A program made the translations under genes and the position numbers. A DNA stretch of 59,274 nucleotides from an uncultured Desulfobacterales bacterium (GTDB lineage Bacteria; Desulfobacterota; Desulfobacteria; Desulfobacterales; C00003060), in the NCBI GenBank assembly GCA_964502365.1, contig CAZCWQ010000004.1:1-59274 (forward strand), given 5' to 3'. Positions 1 through 12,103 of this stretch are shown one piece after another. Numbering within the stretch: position 1 is the first letter of the stretch; each line of letters opens with the position of its first letter. Below the pieces are notes generated by a model. It worked only from the letters and a program-made list of their open reading frames with translations. It was not told the DNA's origin and searched no databases.

Positions 1-357
<357 letters not shown>

Positions 358-515
358 AACCTATACCCGAAATTATCGGAGAGCCCAACTCGTCACAAGC
401 TCACTATTCAGTTTTCAAAGATCAACACAAAGGCCTGACCATGGCGCACAAAAGCGTAACATGCCATCCTTACCGTGTCAAGGGCCCTTCCCTTTGGTTA
501 GACAAAGTTCTTTTT

Positions 516-542
516 ATTATACCCACCTATTATCCTTGTCAA
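516..542 (-). promoter_or_regulatory. Candidate rRNA operon promoter (TTGACA-15 nt-TATAAT) with an A/T-rich upstream tract
   Basis: On the minus strand, 542-537 reads TTGACA and 521-516 reads TATAAT. The A/T-rich run AAAAAAGAAAAAAGG lies just upstream (543-560). The site is about 150 nt upstream of the 16S 5' end. The 15-nt spacer is shorter than optimal. Confidence 0.45.
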
Positions 543-577
543 TACCTTTTTTCTTTTTTTCTGTGATTAAGGGTCTG

Positions 578-1840
578 CTACTTAACGTGCATCCTTATTC
601 TGTGATATCGCTTTTTCCCTGCCCTTAGTAAGATTTCGTCTTTATTCAAGTCCTTCTCCGTAATCATCCTGTCAATAGCTTCGATTCGTCGTCCATTGAC
701 ATAGCCGCCGCCGTCTTTGATAAGCCGTCTTGCTGCGCTACTTGAATCTGCAAGACCCACCTCATGAAAGAGTTTAAAAGCTGCGATACCTTCTTTCAAT
801 CGCGCTTCATCCATAAATGAATCTGGCGTTACTGTTAAATTACCTGTAGCCTCGGTAACCCCTCCAATGGATGCTGACAGATTTACAAACTTGCTTAGCG
901 CATCGTTCCGAGCGTCTATCGCCTTTTCCTCGCCATGGGCAAGCTTTGTTGCTTCAAATGCTAGTTCGGCCTTGGCGTTGTTCAAATCGGCTCCTTGTAG
1001 CTTTTCAACCTCCCTCACTCTATCCATGCGCAAAAACGTGAAAAGGGCCATAAATCTTGCCACGTCCCGATCATCGGTATTTATCCAGTACTGATAGTAT
1101 TGTCGCGGGGTGGTCCTGTCAGCATCAAGCCAAATAGCACCTCTGGCAGTCTTGCCCATCTTATCACCCGAACTTGTTGTTATCAGTGGAAACGTAATGC
1201 CACGGGCAGTGCCCTGCTCAACGCGCCTAATAAGGTCAATGCCCGCCACAATGTTTCCCCACTGATCGCCCCCCCCCATCTGTAAGAGACAATTCTCAGT
1301 TCTGAAAAGGTGCAAGAAATCATAGGCCTGTAAGAGAGAATAGTTGAATTCGATAAAGCTGAGCCCAGTCTCGAGACGCATCCGGCAAGATTCACTGGCC
1401 AACATCCGGTTGACACTGAAGTGGCATCCTATATCCCTTAGAAAGGGGATATATTGCAGCTTTGTGAGCCACTGTGCGTTGTTCAGAAGCAGAGCCCGAT
1501 TGTTTTTAAAGTCTATGAACCTGCCCAATTGCCTCCTGAGGGCTTCGGCGTTTTCATTAACCTGTTGTTGCGTCAACATCTGACGCATTTCAATCTTCCC
1601 GCTGGGGTCCCCTACTAAGGCGGTGCCACCTCCAACCAGTGCAATCGGTCGATGGCCGTGTCGTTGCATATGGGCCAAAGCCATGATTGGAATCAAGCTT
1701 CCAACATGAAAACTGCTGGCTGTGGGATCAAAACCGATGTAGCAGGTCACGGAGTCCTCAAAAAGCCGATAGAGGTCCTCGTCGCCGGTAGTTTGCTCAA
1801 CAAAGCCGCGCTGTTTCAGTATGTCATAAACGTTTTCCAA
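578..1840 (-). CDS. tyrS: Tyrosyl-tRNA synthetase
   Basis: 420-aa ORF with a class I HIGH-region (FHVGSLIP), a KMGKT (KMSKS) motif and a C-terminal S4-like domain. The N-terminus is typical of TyrS. Confidence 0.95.
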   Translation of the reverse strand: MENVYDILKQRGFVEQTTGDEDLYRLFEDSVTCYIGFDPTASSFHVGSLIPIMALAHMQRHGHRPIALVGGGTALVGDPSGKIEMRQMLTQQQVNENAEALRRQLGRFIDFKNNRALLLNNAQWLTKLQYIPFLRDIGCHFSVNRMLASESCRMRLETGLSFIEFNYSLLQAYDFLHLFRTENCLLQMGGGDQWGNIVAGIDLIRRVEQGTARGITFPLITTSSGDKMGKTARGAIWLDADRTTPRQYYQYWINTDDRDVARFMALFTFLRMDRVREVEKLQGADLNNAKAELAFEATKLAHGEEKAIDARNDALSKFVNLSASIGGVTEATGNLTVTPDSFMDEARLKEGIAAFKLFHEVGLADSSSAARRLIKDGGGYVNGRRIEAIDRMITEKDLNKDEILLRAGKKRYHRIRMHVK

Positions 1841-1856
1841 CTGGTCAACCTATCCC

Positions 1857-3419
1857 TTATTTTGCAAACTCCACTGCTCGGGTCTCTCGAATCACAGTCA
1901 CTTTTATCTGACCTGGATACGAGAGCGATTCTTCGATCTTTCTGGCCATATCTCGACTCATCATAACCGCCTCAGCATCTGAGATTCTCTCACTTTCCAC
2001 AATAATTCGCAGTTCTCGCCCGGCCTGAATCGCGTATGACTTGCTGATTCCGCTAAATGACTCGGCGATCTTCTCCAGATCCTCCAGGCGCCTAACATAG
2101 CTCTCCAGTGTCTCTCTCCGGGCGCCTGGCCGCGCCCCTGAAAGAGTGTCAGCCGCTTGCAACAGCACAGCAAGAACCGAAGTTGGGGGGATGTCTTCAT
2201 GATGAGCGGAAATTGCATGCACCACACGGGGGGGCTCCCCGTACTTCTTTGCCAGTTTTGCCCCGATGAGGGCATGGGGACCTTCAACCTCATGGTCTAT
2301 GGCCTTGCCGATGTCATGCAGCAACCCAACCCTTTTAGCTTGCTTTATGTTCAGCCCCAACTCGGCGGCCATAATCCCACACAAAAACGCGACTTCTACT
2401 GAATGCTGCAAAACATTTTGACCATAGCTTGTTCGGAATTTCAGTTTTCCCACGTGTTGAATCAATTCCATATGAATCCCGTGCACCCCCAGGTCAAAGG
2501 CCGCCTGCTCCCCTGCCTCACGAATCTCTGTGTCTATCTCGTCAGAGACCTTCTTGACCGTCTCTTCGATTCTGGCAGGGTGGATACGTCCGTCATTGAT
2601 CAGTCGCTCAAGAGAAAGGCGGGCCACCTCACGTCTAACAGAATTGAATCCTGACAGAATGACTGCTTCTGGGGTGTCATCTATTATCAGGTCAACTCCT
2701 GTAGCAGCTTCCAGAGCCCTTATGTTACGCCCTTCACGGCCTATTATACGACCTTTCATCTCGTCGCTCGGCAAGTTCACAACCGATACCGTCTTCTCTG
2801 CCACATAATCCCCAGCATAGCGTTGTATAGCCGTGGCCATGATCTTTCTCGATTTTCGGTCTGCTTGCTCCCTACTCTCATTTTCAATGCGCTTTATCAG
2901 TTTTGCCGCTTCATAACGGGCCTCGCTCTCCATGGCCTTGATGAGAAGATTCTTGGCTTCCTCGGCCGTGAGGCCAGAGATTTTTTCCAACTGCCCCTTC
3001 TGCTCCTGAATCAGGTCTTGATACTTGGCTTCTTGATCTTGGAGCCCCGTTTCCCTCTGCGTCAACTGTTGTTCTTTCTTGGCAATGCCGGCCTCACGGC
3101 CCTCCAATTGCTCCAATTTTCCATCTATGCTTTCTTCTTTTTCCGCCAGCCTTTTTTCCCTTTTCTCAAGTCGAGCCCGCTTTTTCTTTGTGGCATCTTC
3201 GAAGTCAAGCTTCATCTGATAGAGCTGGTCTTTGGCCTGAAGCTTGGCCTCTTTCAGCACGGTCTTGCCTTCCCGTTCAGCCTTCTCAACAATGTTTCGG
3301 GCTTCCTGTTCAGCTGCCGCGATTTTTCCTGCCGTAAGTTTGCTGCGAAGCCAGAAGGCGAGCAAGAAGCCTACAGCAAAGACCATAATACTTAGAAATA
3401 TGACAGCATTAATCTCCAT
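1857..3419 (-). CDS. rny: Ribonuclease Y
   Basis: 520-aa ORF with an N-terminal TM helix, a long Lys/Glu-rich coiled coil, a KH domain ([15 protein letters not shown]) and an HD domain (LLHDIGK). Confidence 0.95.
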   Translation of the reverse strand: MEINAVIFLSIMVFAVGFLLAFWLRSKLTAGKIAAAEQEARNIVEKAEREGKTVLKEAKLQAKDQLYQMKLDFEDATKKKRARLEKREKRLAEKEESIDGKLEQLEGREAGIAKKEQQLTQRETGLQDQEAKYQDLIQEQKGQLEKISGLTAEEAKNLLIKAMESEARYEAAKLIKRIENESREQADRKSRKIMATAIQRYAGDYVAEKTVSVVNLPSDEMKGRIIGREGRNIRALEAATGVDLIIDDTPEAVILSGFNSVRREVARLSLERLINDGRIHPARIEETVKKVSDEIDTEIREAGEQAAFDLGVHGIHMELIQHVGKLKFRTSYGQNVLQHSVEVAFLCGIMAAELGLNIKQAKRVGLLHDIGKAIDHEVEGPHALIGAKLAKKYGEPPRVVHAISAHHEDIPPTSVLAVLLQAADTLSGARPGARRETLESYVRRLEDLEKIAESFSGISKSYAIQAGRELRIIVESERISDAEAVMMSRDMARKIEESLSYPGQIKVTVIRETRAVEFAK

Positions 3420-3784
3420 GTGTTGTCCTCAGTAATCGAATCTTTGTGAAATGAAAAAAGGTCAACGGGCGAGATAAGTGCAGCTAGGGGAAGCAGGGCG
3501 GTCAAGAACCACTGTAAGGCCCAGATCAAACTGGGCTTTCTATCTAAGGAGGCCGTATCGGCCATCAAAACATTGCTGATCGCTCGACAAGGCTGTTTCC
3601 GTTACTGTTGTCTACATTCACGCTCCGGGAATATAGCTAGCAATCACGGCTCCTTCTATGCACACCCTCAGAGGCTCTCAGTTGAAGAGGTACAGACCAT
3701 GTTTGCTCCCAATTATATCTAAGCATCTAGTGGCCTTATTCCGTTAACTCTTTTTCCATATATACACATATACCATATATTTAA

Positions 3785-3985
3785 AGGGTTACCCCCGCCA
3801 CAGTGCCGTGTCAGCAGCTTTTCCCGAACCTGTTTGCACAGGTGGGTACCTTGTTGCTCCTTTAGGCTTTTCTGTACCGAACAGAACGTGCACACCAAAG
3901 CAAGAGAAGGTTCCCGTTTCATATGTGTTGGCTCAGAGAAAATCTCCGCTGAACACAAACACGGCAGGGGTCTCACCCGCATTCC
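3785..3985 (-). ncRNA. ssrS: 6S RNA (SsrS) candidate
   Basis: It starts immediately downstream of the zapA stop, as in the conserved zapA-ssrS arrangement. The minus-strand RNA has a long closing stem (GGGUGAGACCCCUGCCGUGU pairing with ACACGGCA...GGGGGUAACCC). Its internal blocks resemble E. coli 6S: CUCUGAGCC.A.A..UGAAAC, AGAAAAGCCUAAAGG and GGUUCGGGAAAAGC. The ends are approximate. Confidence 0.7.
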
Positions 3986-3991
3986 TCAAAT

Positions 3992-4270
3992 TCATGCATT
4001 GGCATCAATATAGTCGAGCAGCCCTCTGCAACGCTGATCTATGTCCCTCAAAAGCTCCTCGCGGACACGCTTCATCCGAAAATAGTCGTTGGCAATATTC
4101 AAGGCTGCAAGAATGACTGTGTCCAGCTTGCTGGGCACCTCTCCAGAACTGCCGGCCTTTTCCACCTCTTTGACCACATAATCTGCAATTTTTTCAGCGT
4201 GAGAAGCTTCCGCGTCTGCCCTAAACGTATAAGACTGGTCAAATAGTTTTATGCTGATTAGTCGGTCCAC
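3992..4270 (-). CDS. zapA: Cell division protein ZapA
   Basis: 92-aa ORF with a ZapA-like sequence (IKLFDQSYTFRAD...LAALNIANDY). Confidence 0.85.
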   Translation of the reverse strand: MDRLISIKLFDQSYTFRADAEASHAEKIADYVVKEVEKAGSSGEVPSKLDTVILAALNIANDYFRMKRVREELLRDIDQRCRGLLDYIDANA

Positions 4271-4338
4271 AATAGCTCACACCTGCGTTTGGATACCCCA
4301 AGGGTCCTACCCCTCCTAATAGAGGTTTTTCGCAACGC

Positions 4339-4581
4339 CTATGTCGAGTCGAGAACTTCGTCTAATCTGCCCAGCAGGCTATCTATTCTTATCCGAATCA
4401 TCGATTTTTCTTCAATATAGGTCTTTGCTGCTACATCTCCAGCCCTGAGCCCCTCTTCAAGCTCCCTGATCTTTGCTTCCAACTCCGACTTGGCATGTCT
4501 AAGATCATGACATGTCCGAACCAATTGTTCAACTTTGTCTTCTAGCTCCTTGAATTGTCTTGGAATGCCGTCCTCGTCCAA
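4339..4581 (-). CDS. zapB: ZapB-like coiled-coil cell division protein
   Basis: 80-aa all-coiled-coil ORF. The pattern F.ELEDKVEQL ... LLGRLDEV parallels E. coli ZapB, and it lies directly upstream of zapA. Confidence 0.6.
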   Translation of the reverse strand: MDEDGIPRQFKELEDKVEQLVRTCHDLRHAKSELEAKIRELEEGLRAGDVAAKTYIEEKSMIRIRIDSLLGRLDEVLDST

Positions 4582-4679
4582 AACAGTCTCCTGAATCGTG
4601 TCTTGGATTCTGCCTCTTCAAACTTTATAGACAAGCCCCTGGACAAAGTCAAGGCTATTTTGGGTCCCTTAATTGCACC

Positions 4680-5405
4680 TTAAAGGTGCTTCCCCGCCTC
4701 TCTCAAGTCTTGCCTGGTGTTTACGCCGAGCACTTGAAGGGTATCATGAATCCCTATAAGGGATGCGGCACAACCTTCACGATACGCGACCCCCACCAAG
4801 TCTGTCAGATAAAACTCACCCTGGGCGTTGTCCCTGTTCAAACCAGGCAAGGACTTGTTAAGAAAATCGATGCTTATGCAATATGTCCCGGTGTTTACCA
4901 TTGTGATTTTCTTCTCTGCTTCGGTGGCATCCGATTCTTCCACTATGCGCACCACATCCCCATAAGCATCTAGTACTATTCTGCCGTATCCGAAAGGATC
5001 TTCAAGTTCTGTGACAACAAGGGTCAAGTGTTTTCTTGTCGCCTTATGCCTATCAATTAACATATGAAGCGTTTCCGGCCGTATCAAGGGCGTATCGCCG
5101 CACAAAACGACAACATCGCGGGTCTGAGCGGAGAGCTCTGGCAAAGCCGTCAATACCGCATGCCCTGTGCCAAGTACCTCTTCTTGAACTGCAAAACGAA
5201 GCATAGGGTAATGTGCGAGCACATTACGGACAGCATCGGCCTGGTGACCTATCACGACCACAACGTCTTCAACAAGATTCAGCGCAGTGTCTACGACATA
5301 CCGGATCATCGGCACACCGTCTATTTCATGAAGGACCTTGGCTCGATCAGACTTCATGCGCGTGCCCTTGCCGGCAGCTAATATGATAGCAGCTACATCT
5401 TGCAT
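4680..5405 (-). CDS. Sugar-phosphate nucleotidyltransferase (GlmU N-terminal domain-like; no acetyltransferase domain)
   Basis: 241-aa ORF with the LAAGKGTRMKS nucleotide-binding signature. It sits directly downstream of atpC, where glmU lies in many bacteria. It lacks the C-terminal left-handed beta-helix half. Confidence 0.75.
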   Translation of the reverse strand: MQDVAAIILAAGKGTRMKSDRAKVLHEIDGVPMIRYVVDTALNLVEDVVVVIGHQADAVRNVLAHYPMLRFAVQEEVLGTGHAVLTALPELSAQTRDVVVLCGDTPLIRPETLHMLIDRHKATRKHLTLVVTELEDPFGYGRIVLDAYGDVVRIVEESDATEAEKKITMVNTGTYCISIDFLNKSLPGLNRDNAQGEFYLTDLVGVAYREGCAASLIGIHDTLQVLGVNTRQDLREAGKHL

Positions 5406-5490
5406 AGTTCATTTTTACCAAAAAATAAGGGGCAAGTCAATTGACTTGCCCCTGTATGGATAGAACTTACTTGTACCAAACGCTTCCTGT

Positions 5491-5913
5491 CTAAGCGGCC
5501 CCCCTGCCCTCCGTGATCTTTATCCTGGCAATTGCCCGCTGCAATGCGACTTGGGCACGCCTAAAATCAATTTCTTCTTTCCTGCTCGTATCGGCTAAGC
5601 GATCTTCGGCCCGCTTCAAAGCAGCCTTGGCCCGCTCTACGTCTATATCTCTGCGTCGCTCGGCAGACTCGGCCAGCACTGTCACCGTGTTGAGCATAAC
5701 TTCCGCAAAGCCACCGCTCACAAATACAACCCGTTCATTACCGCCTTGGTCCTTGTACCTGATCATTCCTATTTTTAGGGTTGTCAGGAACGTTGTGTGG
5801 CCAGACAAGACACCAAATTCGCCGTATGTCCCGGGTGCGACTACAATCTGGGCCTCATCGCTGACAACCGATTTATCAGGAGTCACAACTTCCAAATTGA
5901 TATTGCCTGCCAT
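5491..5913 (-). CDS. atpC: F1 ATP synthase epsilon subunit
   Basis: 140-aa ORF; assigned from its typical AtpC sequence and its position after atpD. Confidence 0.93.
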   Translation of the reverse strand: MAGNINLEVVTPDKSVVSDEAQIVVAPGTYGEFGVLSGHTTFLTTLKIGMIRYKDQGGNERVVFVSGGFAEVMLNTVTVLAESAERRRDIDVERAKAALKRAEDRLADTSRKEEIDFRRAQVALQRAIARIKITEGRGAA

Positions 5914-5936
5914 AATGTCACCTAAACCTTATATAC

Positions 5937-7397
<1,461 letters not shown>

Positions 7398-7416
7398 TTA
7401 GACTGCCTGGACCCGA

Positions 7417-8319
7417 TTAACCCTTCAAGGCCTCTGCACCGCCCACGATATCCATGAGCTCTGCGGTAATGGCTGCCTGACGGGCCTTGTTATAGACCAA
7501 GGTGAGCGAGGTGATCATTTCCTTACAGTTGCTCGTGGCATTGTCCATAGCCTGCATACGCGCTGCATGCTCGCTGGTCGAGGTCTCCAACAGCCCGCTG
7601 AATAATTGGACGTAGACCTGGCGCGGAAGCAGTTCTGCCATCAGTTCCTCGGCCGGAGGTTCGCAGATATGTTCCGGAACATAGCCAACATCTTCGGCAG
7701 CTTGAACCTCCTCAACCGTTTCTACACTGGCAATGGGCAGCAACCGTTTCACGGTTGGTGCTTGCCTGGCCATGGAGATAAATTCCGAAAAGAGCATATG
7801 GGCCTCATCGGTTTCACCACCTAAAAAGCTGTCGATCAGGCCCTGCCCGGCAGTCACTGCGACGTTGAAGCCAAAATTTGCGCCCACAATACCTATATGG
7901 TCGCTTAGGATATTATATTTTCTGCGACGAAAGTAATCGCGTCCTTTTCGGCCCATGCAAATGAGCCGTACTTCAATACCTTGATCAGCCTTTCCCTTCA
8001 AAAAGCTTTCGGCCTTGTGTATCAGGTTCGTATTAAAGCTCCCGCACAGCCCGCGGTCTGAGGTCATAAGGACCAGATCGATGGTCTTGATTTCTGCCCG
8101 GGACGCCAGGAGGGGGGGGAGATGCTCTTCGTCTGCTTGTGTGCGTTCGGCCAAGCTTCCCAAGACCTCGGCAAATTTGCTTGCATAAGGTCTAAACGCC
8201 TCCATCTTTTCCTGGGCCCCCCTCAGTTTGGAGGCTGCCACCATGTTCATGGCCTTGGTAATCTTCTGCGTCTTCTTGACCGCTCCGATCTTTGTCTGTA
8301 TCTCCTTCAGTGTCGCCAT
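7417..8319 (-). CDS. atpG: F1 ATP synthase gamma subunit
   Basis: 300-aa ORF with the N-terminal ...IKEIQTKIGAVKKTQKITKAM and the C-terminal ITAELMDIVGGAEAL typical of AtpG. Confidence 0.95.
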   Translation of the reverse strand: MATLKEIQTKIGAVKKTQKITKAMNMVAASKLRGAQEKMEAFRPYASKFAEVLGSLAERTQADEEHLPPLLASRAEIKTIDLVLMTSDRGLCGSFNTNLIHKAESFLKGKADQGIEVRLICMGRKGRDYFRRRKYNILSDHIGIVGANFGFNVAVTAGQGLIDSFLGGETDEAHMLFSEFISMARQAPTVKRLLPIASVETVEEVQAAEDVGYVPEHICEPPAEELMAELLPRQVYVQLFSGLLETSTSEHAARMQAMDNATSNCKEMITSLTLVYNKARQAAITAELMDIVGGAEALKG

Positions 8320-8355
8320 ACCTTACCCCTGTACGGAACTGTCGCTCAGTATCAC

Positions 8356-9873
8356 TTACTTAATCGTGTCCTTGAACTCCTCATCGTATGCAGACAACGC
8401 GCCTGCCATAACCTTGTCCAGTTCGTCGCTAATTACCTTCTTTTCGGCAAGCTCGCTAAAGACTTTTGGATACTTGCTCTCCATAAAAGGGTACAGGCCA
8501 GCTTCGTATTTGCCCAGGACCTCCACGGGATACTTGTCCAGGTAGCCCCTTGTTCCAGCATATAGGATCGTCACCTGCTTTTCCATGGATAGTGGCTTGT
8601 ACTGAGGCTGTTTCAGGACTTCAACCAGACGTATCCCTCGGGCCAACTGTTGTTGGGTAGCCTTATCCAGATCGCTTCCAAACTGGGCAAAGGCCTCGAG
8701 TTCACGGAACTGGGCCAGATCGAGACGCAGAGACCCGGCCACCTGCTTCATGGCCTTAACCTGCGCCGCACCACCCACTCGAGACACGGAAAGCCCCACA
8801 TTAATGGCCGGACGGACACCGGAAAAGAAAAGGGCCGGCTCCAGATAAATTTGTCCATCCGTAATGGAAATCACATTGGTGGGAATAAAGGCAGAAACGT
8901 CGCCTGCCTGGGTTTCGATAATAGGAAGAGCCGTAAGCGAACCGGCACCCAGTTCATCATTCAGTTTAGCTGCCCGCTCCAAGAGGCGGGAGTGGTTGTA
9001 AAAGATATCTCCGGGGTACGCCTCACGCCCTGGTGGCCGTCTCAAAAGAAGGGAAATCTGACGATAAGCCGCTGCCTGTTTGGAAAGGTCATCATAAATA
9101 ATCAGGGCATGCTTGCCGATGTCGCGATAGTACTCGCCCATGGCACAAGCCGAATAAGGGGCAATATACTGCAGCGTGGCAGGATCGCTCGCACAAGCAG
9201 ATACGACGATGGTGTACTCCATGGCACCGGCTTTGGCTAAGACATCGACCACCTGAGCAACAGTGGACTTCTTTTGCCCGCATGCCACGTAAATACAGAC
9301 CACATCTTGGCCTTTTTGATTGATAATCGCATCCACCCCAATGGCCGTTTTCCCGATCTGGCGGTCCCCAATGATGAGCTCCCGTTGTCCGCGGCCCACC
9401 GGTGTCATGGCGTCAATCGCCTTGAGCCCGGTGTACATCGGTTCATTCACCGACTGTCGGGCAATGACCCCTGGAGCGACCATTTCTACACGCCGGAACT
9501 CCTTGGCGTCGATGGGCCCCTTCCCGTCCAAAGGGCTACCCAGGGAATCGACGACCCTGCCTACGACCGCATCCCCCACAGGGACCTGGGCGATCTTGCC
9601 GGTCCGTTTGCAGATGTCGCCTTCCTGGAGCTCAATATCTTCGCCCATGACCGCCACGCCCACATTGTCCTCTTCCAGATTGAGGACAAGCCCCATGATG
9701 CCATGGGGGAACTCAAGAAGCTCCATGGACATGGCCTTTTCCACGCCATACACCCTGGCAATACCATCTCCCACGGACAGGATGGTTCCTGTCTCGCTCA
9801 CGTCCACCTTCTTGTCGTAGTCCTTGATCTGCCCCTTGATAATGTCGCTGATCTCTTCCGCTCTAATTTCCAT
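8356..9873 (-). CDS. atpA: F1 ATP synthase alpha subunit
   Basis: 505-aa ORF with Walker A GDRQIGKT and overall AtpA similarity. Confidence 0.97.
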   Translation of the reverse strand: MEIRAEEISDIIKGQIKDYDKKVDVSETGTILSVGDGIARVYGVEKAMSMELLEFPHGIMGLVLNLEEDNVGVAVMGEDIELQEGDICKRTGKIAQVPVGDAVVGRVVDSLGSPLDGKGPIDAKEFRRVEMVAPGVIARQSVNEPMYTGLKAIDAMTPVGRGQRELIIGDRQIGKTAIGVDAIINQKGQDVVCIYVACGQKKSTVAQVVDVLAKAGAMEYTIVVSACASDPATLQYIAPYSACAMGEYYRDIGKHALIIYDDLSKQAAAYRQISLLLRRPPGREAYPGDIFYNHSRLLERAAKLNDELGAGSLTALPIIETQAGDVSAFIPTNVISITDGQIYLEPALFFSGVRPAINVGLSVSRVGGAAQVKAMKQVAGSLRLDLAQFRELEAFAQFGSDLDKATQQQLARGIRLVEVLKQPQYKPLSMEKQVTILYAGTRGYLDKYPVEVLGKYEAGLYPFMESKYPKVFSELAEKKVISDELDKVMAGALSAYDEEFKDTIK

Positions 9874-10424
9874 CAGATTCCCTCACCCCTTTGCAAAGAT
9901 TCTTTTAAACTCGTAAGTTGAGTTTTCACACTACCATCCAAGACCAAATCCCCGATCTTGGTCACAAGACCCCCGATCAAGGCCGGGTCCACTCTGGTTT
10001 CCATCCTCACCTCTTTGCCCGTTTTCTTGGACAGGGCCGCCCGGATCTTGTCGATGCTTTCTTCTGGCAGCTCCACAGCCGAGACAAGATCGGCTCGGAC
10101 GATGTTGGCGAGTTCATCGGTCAGCTTCTCATAAAAGAGATATATGTCCTTTACGTACTGAATCCTGCCCTTGTCAAATAGTAAGAGTAAAAATGACCTC
10201 ATCACCCCAGAGGGGCCAAGACGTTCCACAACCGCTCCTAAGACTTTCTTTCGACTTTCAGCATCATAGAGTGGGTTAGAGATGGCCATCTCCAGTTCCT
10301 TGTTTTCTTCAAGGAGCTTGGCAAATCCTCCCAGTTCTTCCTTATAGGTCTCTGCCTGGCCGTCTTCTCTGCCAACAGACAACAGTGCCTTGGCATACCG
10401 TCTGGCAATCCTCTGACTTATCAC
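9873..10424 (-). CDS. atpH: F1 ATP synthase delta (OSCP) subunit
   Basis: 183-aa ORF with the typical N-terminus [10 protein letters not shown]. It lies between atpF and atpA with overlapping stop/start codons. Confidence 0.9.
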   Translation of the reverse strand: MISQRIARRYAKALLSVGREDGQAETYKEELGGFAKLLEENKELEMAISNPLYDAESRKKVLGAVVERLGPSGVMRSFLLLLFDKGRIQYVKDIYLFYEKLTDELANIVRADLVSAVELPEESIDKIRAALSKKTGKEVRMETRVDPALIGGLVTKIGDLVLDGSVKTQLTSLKESLQRGEGI

Positions 10425-11023
10425 TGGGCCACCACCACCTTTGTCAAATATTCGTCAATAATACGTTTCTGGTCTTCGTCTTTGATATTCTTCTTGATCA
10501 ATTCTTCCGCCATGGCCACGGCCTGTCCTGCCATCTCTGCTTTCAGCTCTTGCCGGGCCTTTTCAAATTCATGCTCAATATTCTTCTTGGCCTGTTCCTG
10601 AAGCTTTTCAGCCGAAGCCTTCGCCTCCTCAATGATCTTCGCTTTTATAGCCTCGCCATCCTTGACATACTCGGCAACGATTTTCTGGATTTCCTCGTCT
10701 AACCGGGTGAGTTTACTCTTGTATTCAGCAAGCTGCCTTTCCGCTTGCTGCTTCTGAAGTTCCAGCTCATTCAACTGGTCCTTGATCCCTTGTCTTCGGG
10801 CCCCCAAGCCCTGTGAAAGGGGTTTTTTCAAAAGAAAAATAAGTGCGCCAGCAAGCACGGCGAAGTTCAAAGTGCGGTAAATAAGGTCCTTGCCTTTGTC
10901 GAGGCCACCTTCGTGCTCTCCCTCAGAGGAAGCCCAAACCGATCCAAAGGCTAGGAGCACACAAACAACAGCTGACAGGGCGACAACATAGCGCGCCTTT
11001 CTCATCCCGTAAAACCCCTTCAT
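10421..11023 (-). CDS. atpF: Fo ATP synthase subunit b
   Basis: 200-aa ORF with an N-terminal membrane segment followed by a long charged helix. Assigned partly from its operon position. Confidence 0.85.
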   Translation of the reverse strand: MKGFYGMRKARYVVALSAVVCVLLAFGSVWASSEGEHEGGLDKGKDLIYRTLNFAVLAGALIFLLKKPLSQGLGARRQGIKDQLNELELQKQQAERQLAEYKSKLTRLDEEIQKIVAEYVKDGEAIKAKIIEEAKASAEKLQEQAKKNIEHEFEKARQELKAEMAGQAVAMAEELIKKNIKDEDQKRIIDEYLTKVVVAQ

Positions 11024-11448
11024 GACACAGCCCTCCCCAATATCTTCTCCGCAATCGCCGCTGAGAATGTCTCTATTTCGCCCCTCAGTTTAGCCCTGGC
11101 ACTTTCAGAATCTTTGGCAATTTGGGCGCGTATAGCCTCCAAATCCGCTTGTGCTTTCTGGCTAATTTCATCAACGAGCTGTCTCTCCTCTTCCTGGCCT
11201 GCTTGCTTCAACGCCTCTTTTTCCTGAAAGCCCTCGGTTTTGGCCTCACCAATCTTTGTTTGAAAGGTCTGCTCACTCTCGGCAGCATTCCCTTGAAGCA
11301 CCTCAATAGCCTGTTCAGCCCCCTGAATCTTTTTCTTTCTTTCGATTAGAATATTGCGGATAGGTTTATAGAGGATGCCATTTAAGATAAGGATGAGCAA
11401 AATAAAGTTTGCCATCTGAACAAACAGAAACGCACTAACACTGATCAT
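11020..11448 (-). CDS. atpF2: Fo ATP synthase subunit b'
   Basis: 142-aa ORF with one TM helix plus a charged helix. It overlaps the atpF start by 4 nt. No atpB or atpE is present in this window. Confidence 0.8.
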   Translation of the reverse strand: MISVSAFLFVQMANFILLILILNGILYKPIRNILIERKKKIQGAEQAIEVLQGNAAESEQTFQTKIGEAKTEGFQEKEALKQAGQEEERQLVDEISQKAQADLEAIRAQIAKDSESARAKLRGEIETFSAAIAEKILGRAVS

Positions 11449-11701
11449 AATAAACTCCCACTTTAGTCTTCAGGCCTTAGGAATCACAAAGGAACCCAGC
11501 AACATAGCCCCCAGAAAAGCTTTCCGTCTATACACCAATGTGGGCATCTTGTCAAAGGTTTTTTTTCCTTTCTCTATTTTGACGATTTCCCGCAGTAAGC
11601 TGGAGGGAATGTGATTGCCTAGCCAGTTCAAGCTGCCAATGTCTGGCCTCTGCAAACAGTTGATGCCACAGGAGAGAGTCTGTGAACATATAGTGGAGTA
11701 A

Positions 11702-12085
11702 TTAAGCCTGCCATTCGGCCAAGCTTATGGTTTTCCCGGCTTCCTCCTCATTAGGTTTCATGGTGCAGTTACCGTGGAAGACAACCCCGGCATCAATGAC
11801 TATTACAGGGGCATGGAGGTCACCAAAGACTCGGGCCGGCGGATGCAACTCGATCCGGTTTGTGGCCCGGATATTGCCGCTTACCTCCCCACTGACAGTG
11901 GCAGTGTGGACCAAAATATCGGCGTGGATTACAGCTTTTTCCCCAACCATTATCACCCCTTCCTTGCTTTCTATCGTCCCTGTAAAATGCCCGTCCAGAC
12001 GCACGGTTCCCTCAAATGCCAGCTTTCCTTCAAGTGTGGTTTCCAGACCCAGAAATGTCTGTATCTCGTTCTTTGGTTTTTTCAT
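11702..12085 (-). CDS. Bactofilin (polymer-forming cytoskeletal protein)
   Basis: 127-aa ORF with repetitive beta-helix-type segments (G.V.G.I..). It lies upstream of the rodA-mrdA-mre cluster. Confidence 0.85.
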   Translation of the reverse strand: MKKPKNEIQTFLGLETTLEGKLAFEGTVRLDGHFTGTIESKEGVIMVGEKAVIHADILVHTATVSGEVSGNIRATNRIELHPPARVFGDLHAPVIVIDAGVVFHGNCTMKPNEEEAGKTISLAEWQA

Positions 12086-12103
12086 ATAGGGCCTCTCTTT
12101 CTA

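Noticed and set aside
2823-3395. 190-aa plus-strand ORF and other long antisense ORFs (e.g. 8650-9240, 9274-9921, 16750-17529, 17057-17776, 18538-19125, 19265-19861, 20848-21318, 26247-26825, 33957-34526)
   Set aside because: Each lies antisense to or out of frame within a confidently identified conserved gene. They show repetitive, Ser/Pro/Arg-rich shadow composition.
3719-4116. ORFs 3719-3982 (-) and 3808-4116 (+)
   Set aside because: Both overlap the 6S RNA candidate and the zapA 3' end. Neither has an RBS or protein-like composition, and the RNA gene explains the region better.
11470-11655. 61-aa ORF between the bactofilin and atpF2 genes
   Set aside because: It has no RBS and no recognisable family, and it overlaps the likely atp operon promoter region. 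An AtpI/AtpZ-like role cannot be supported from the sequence.
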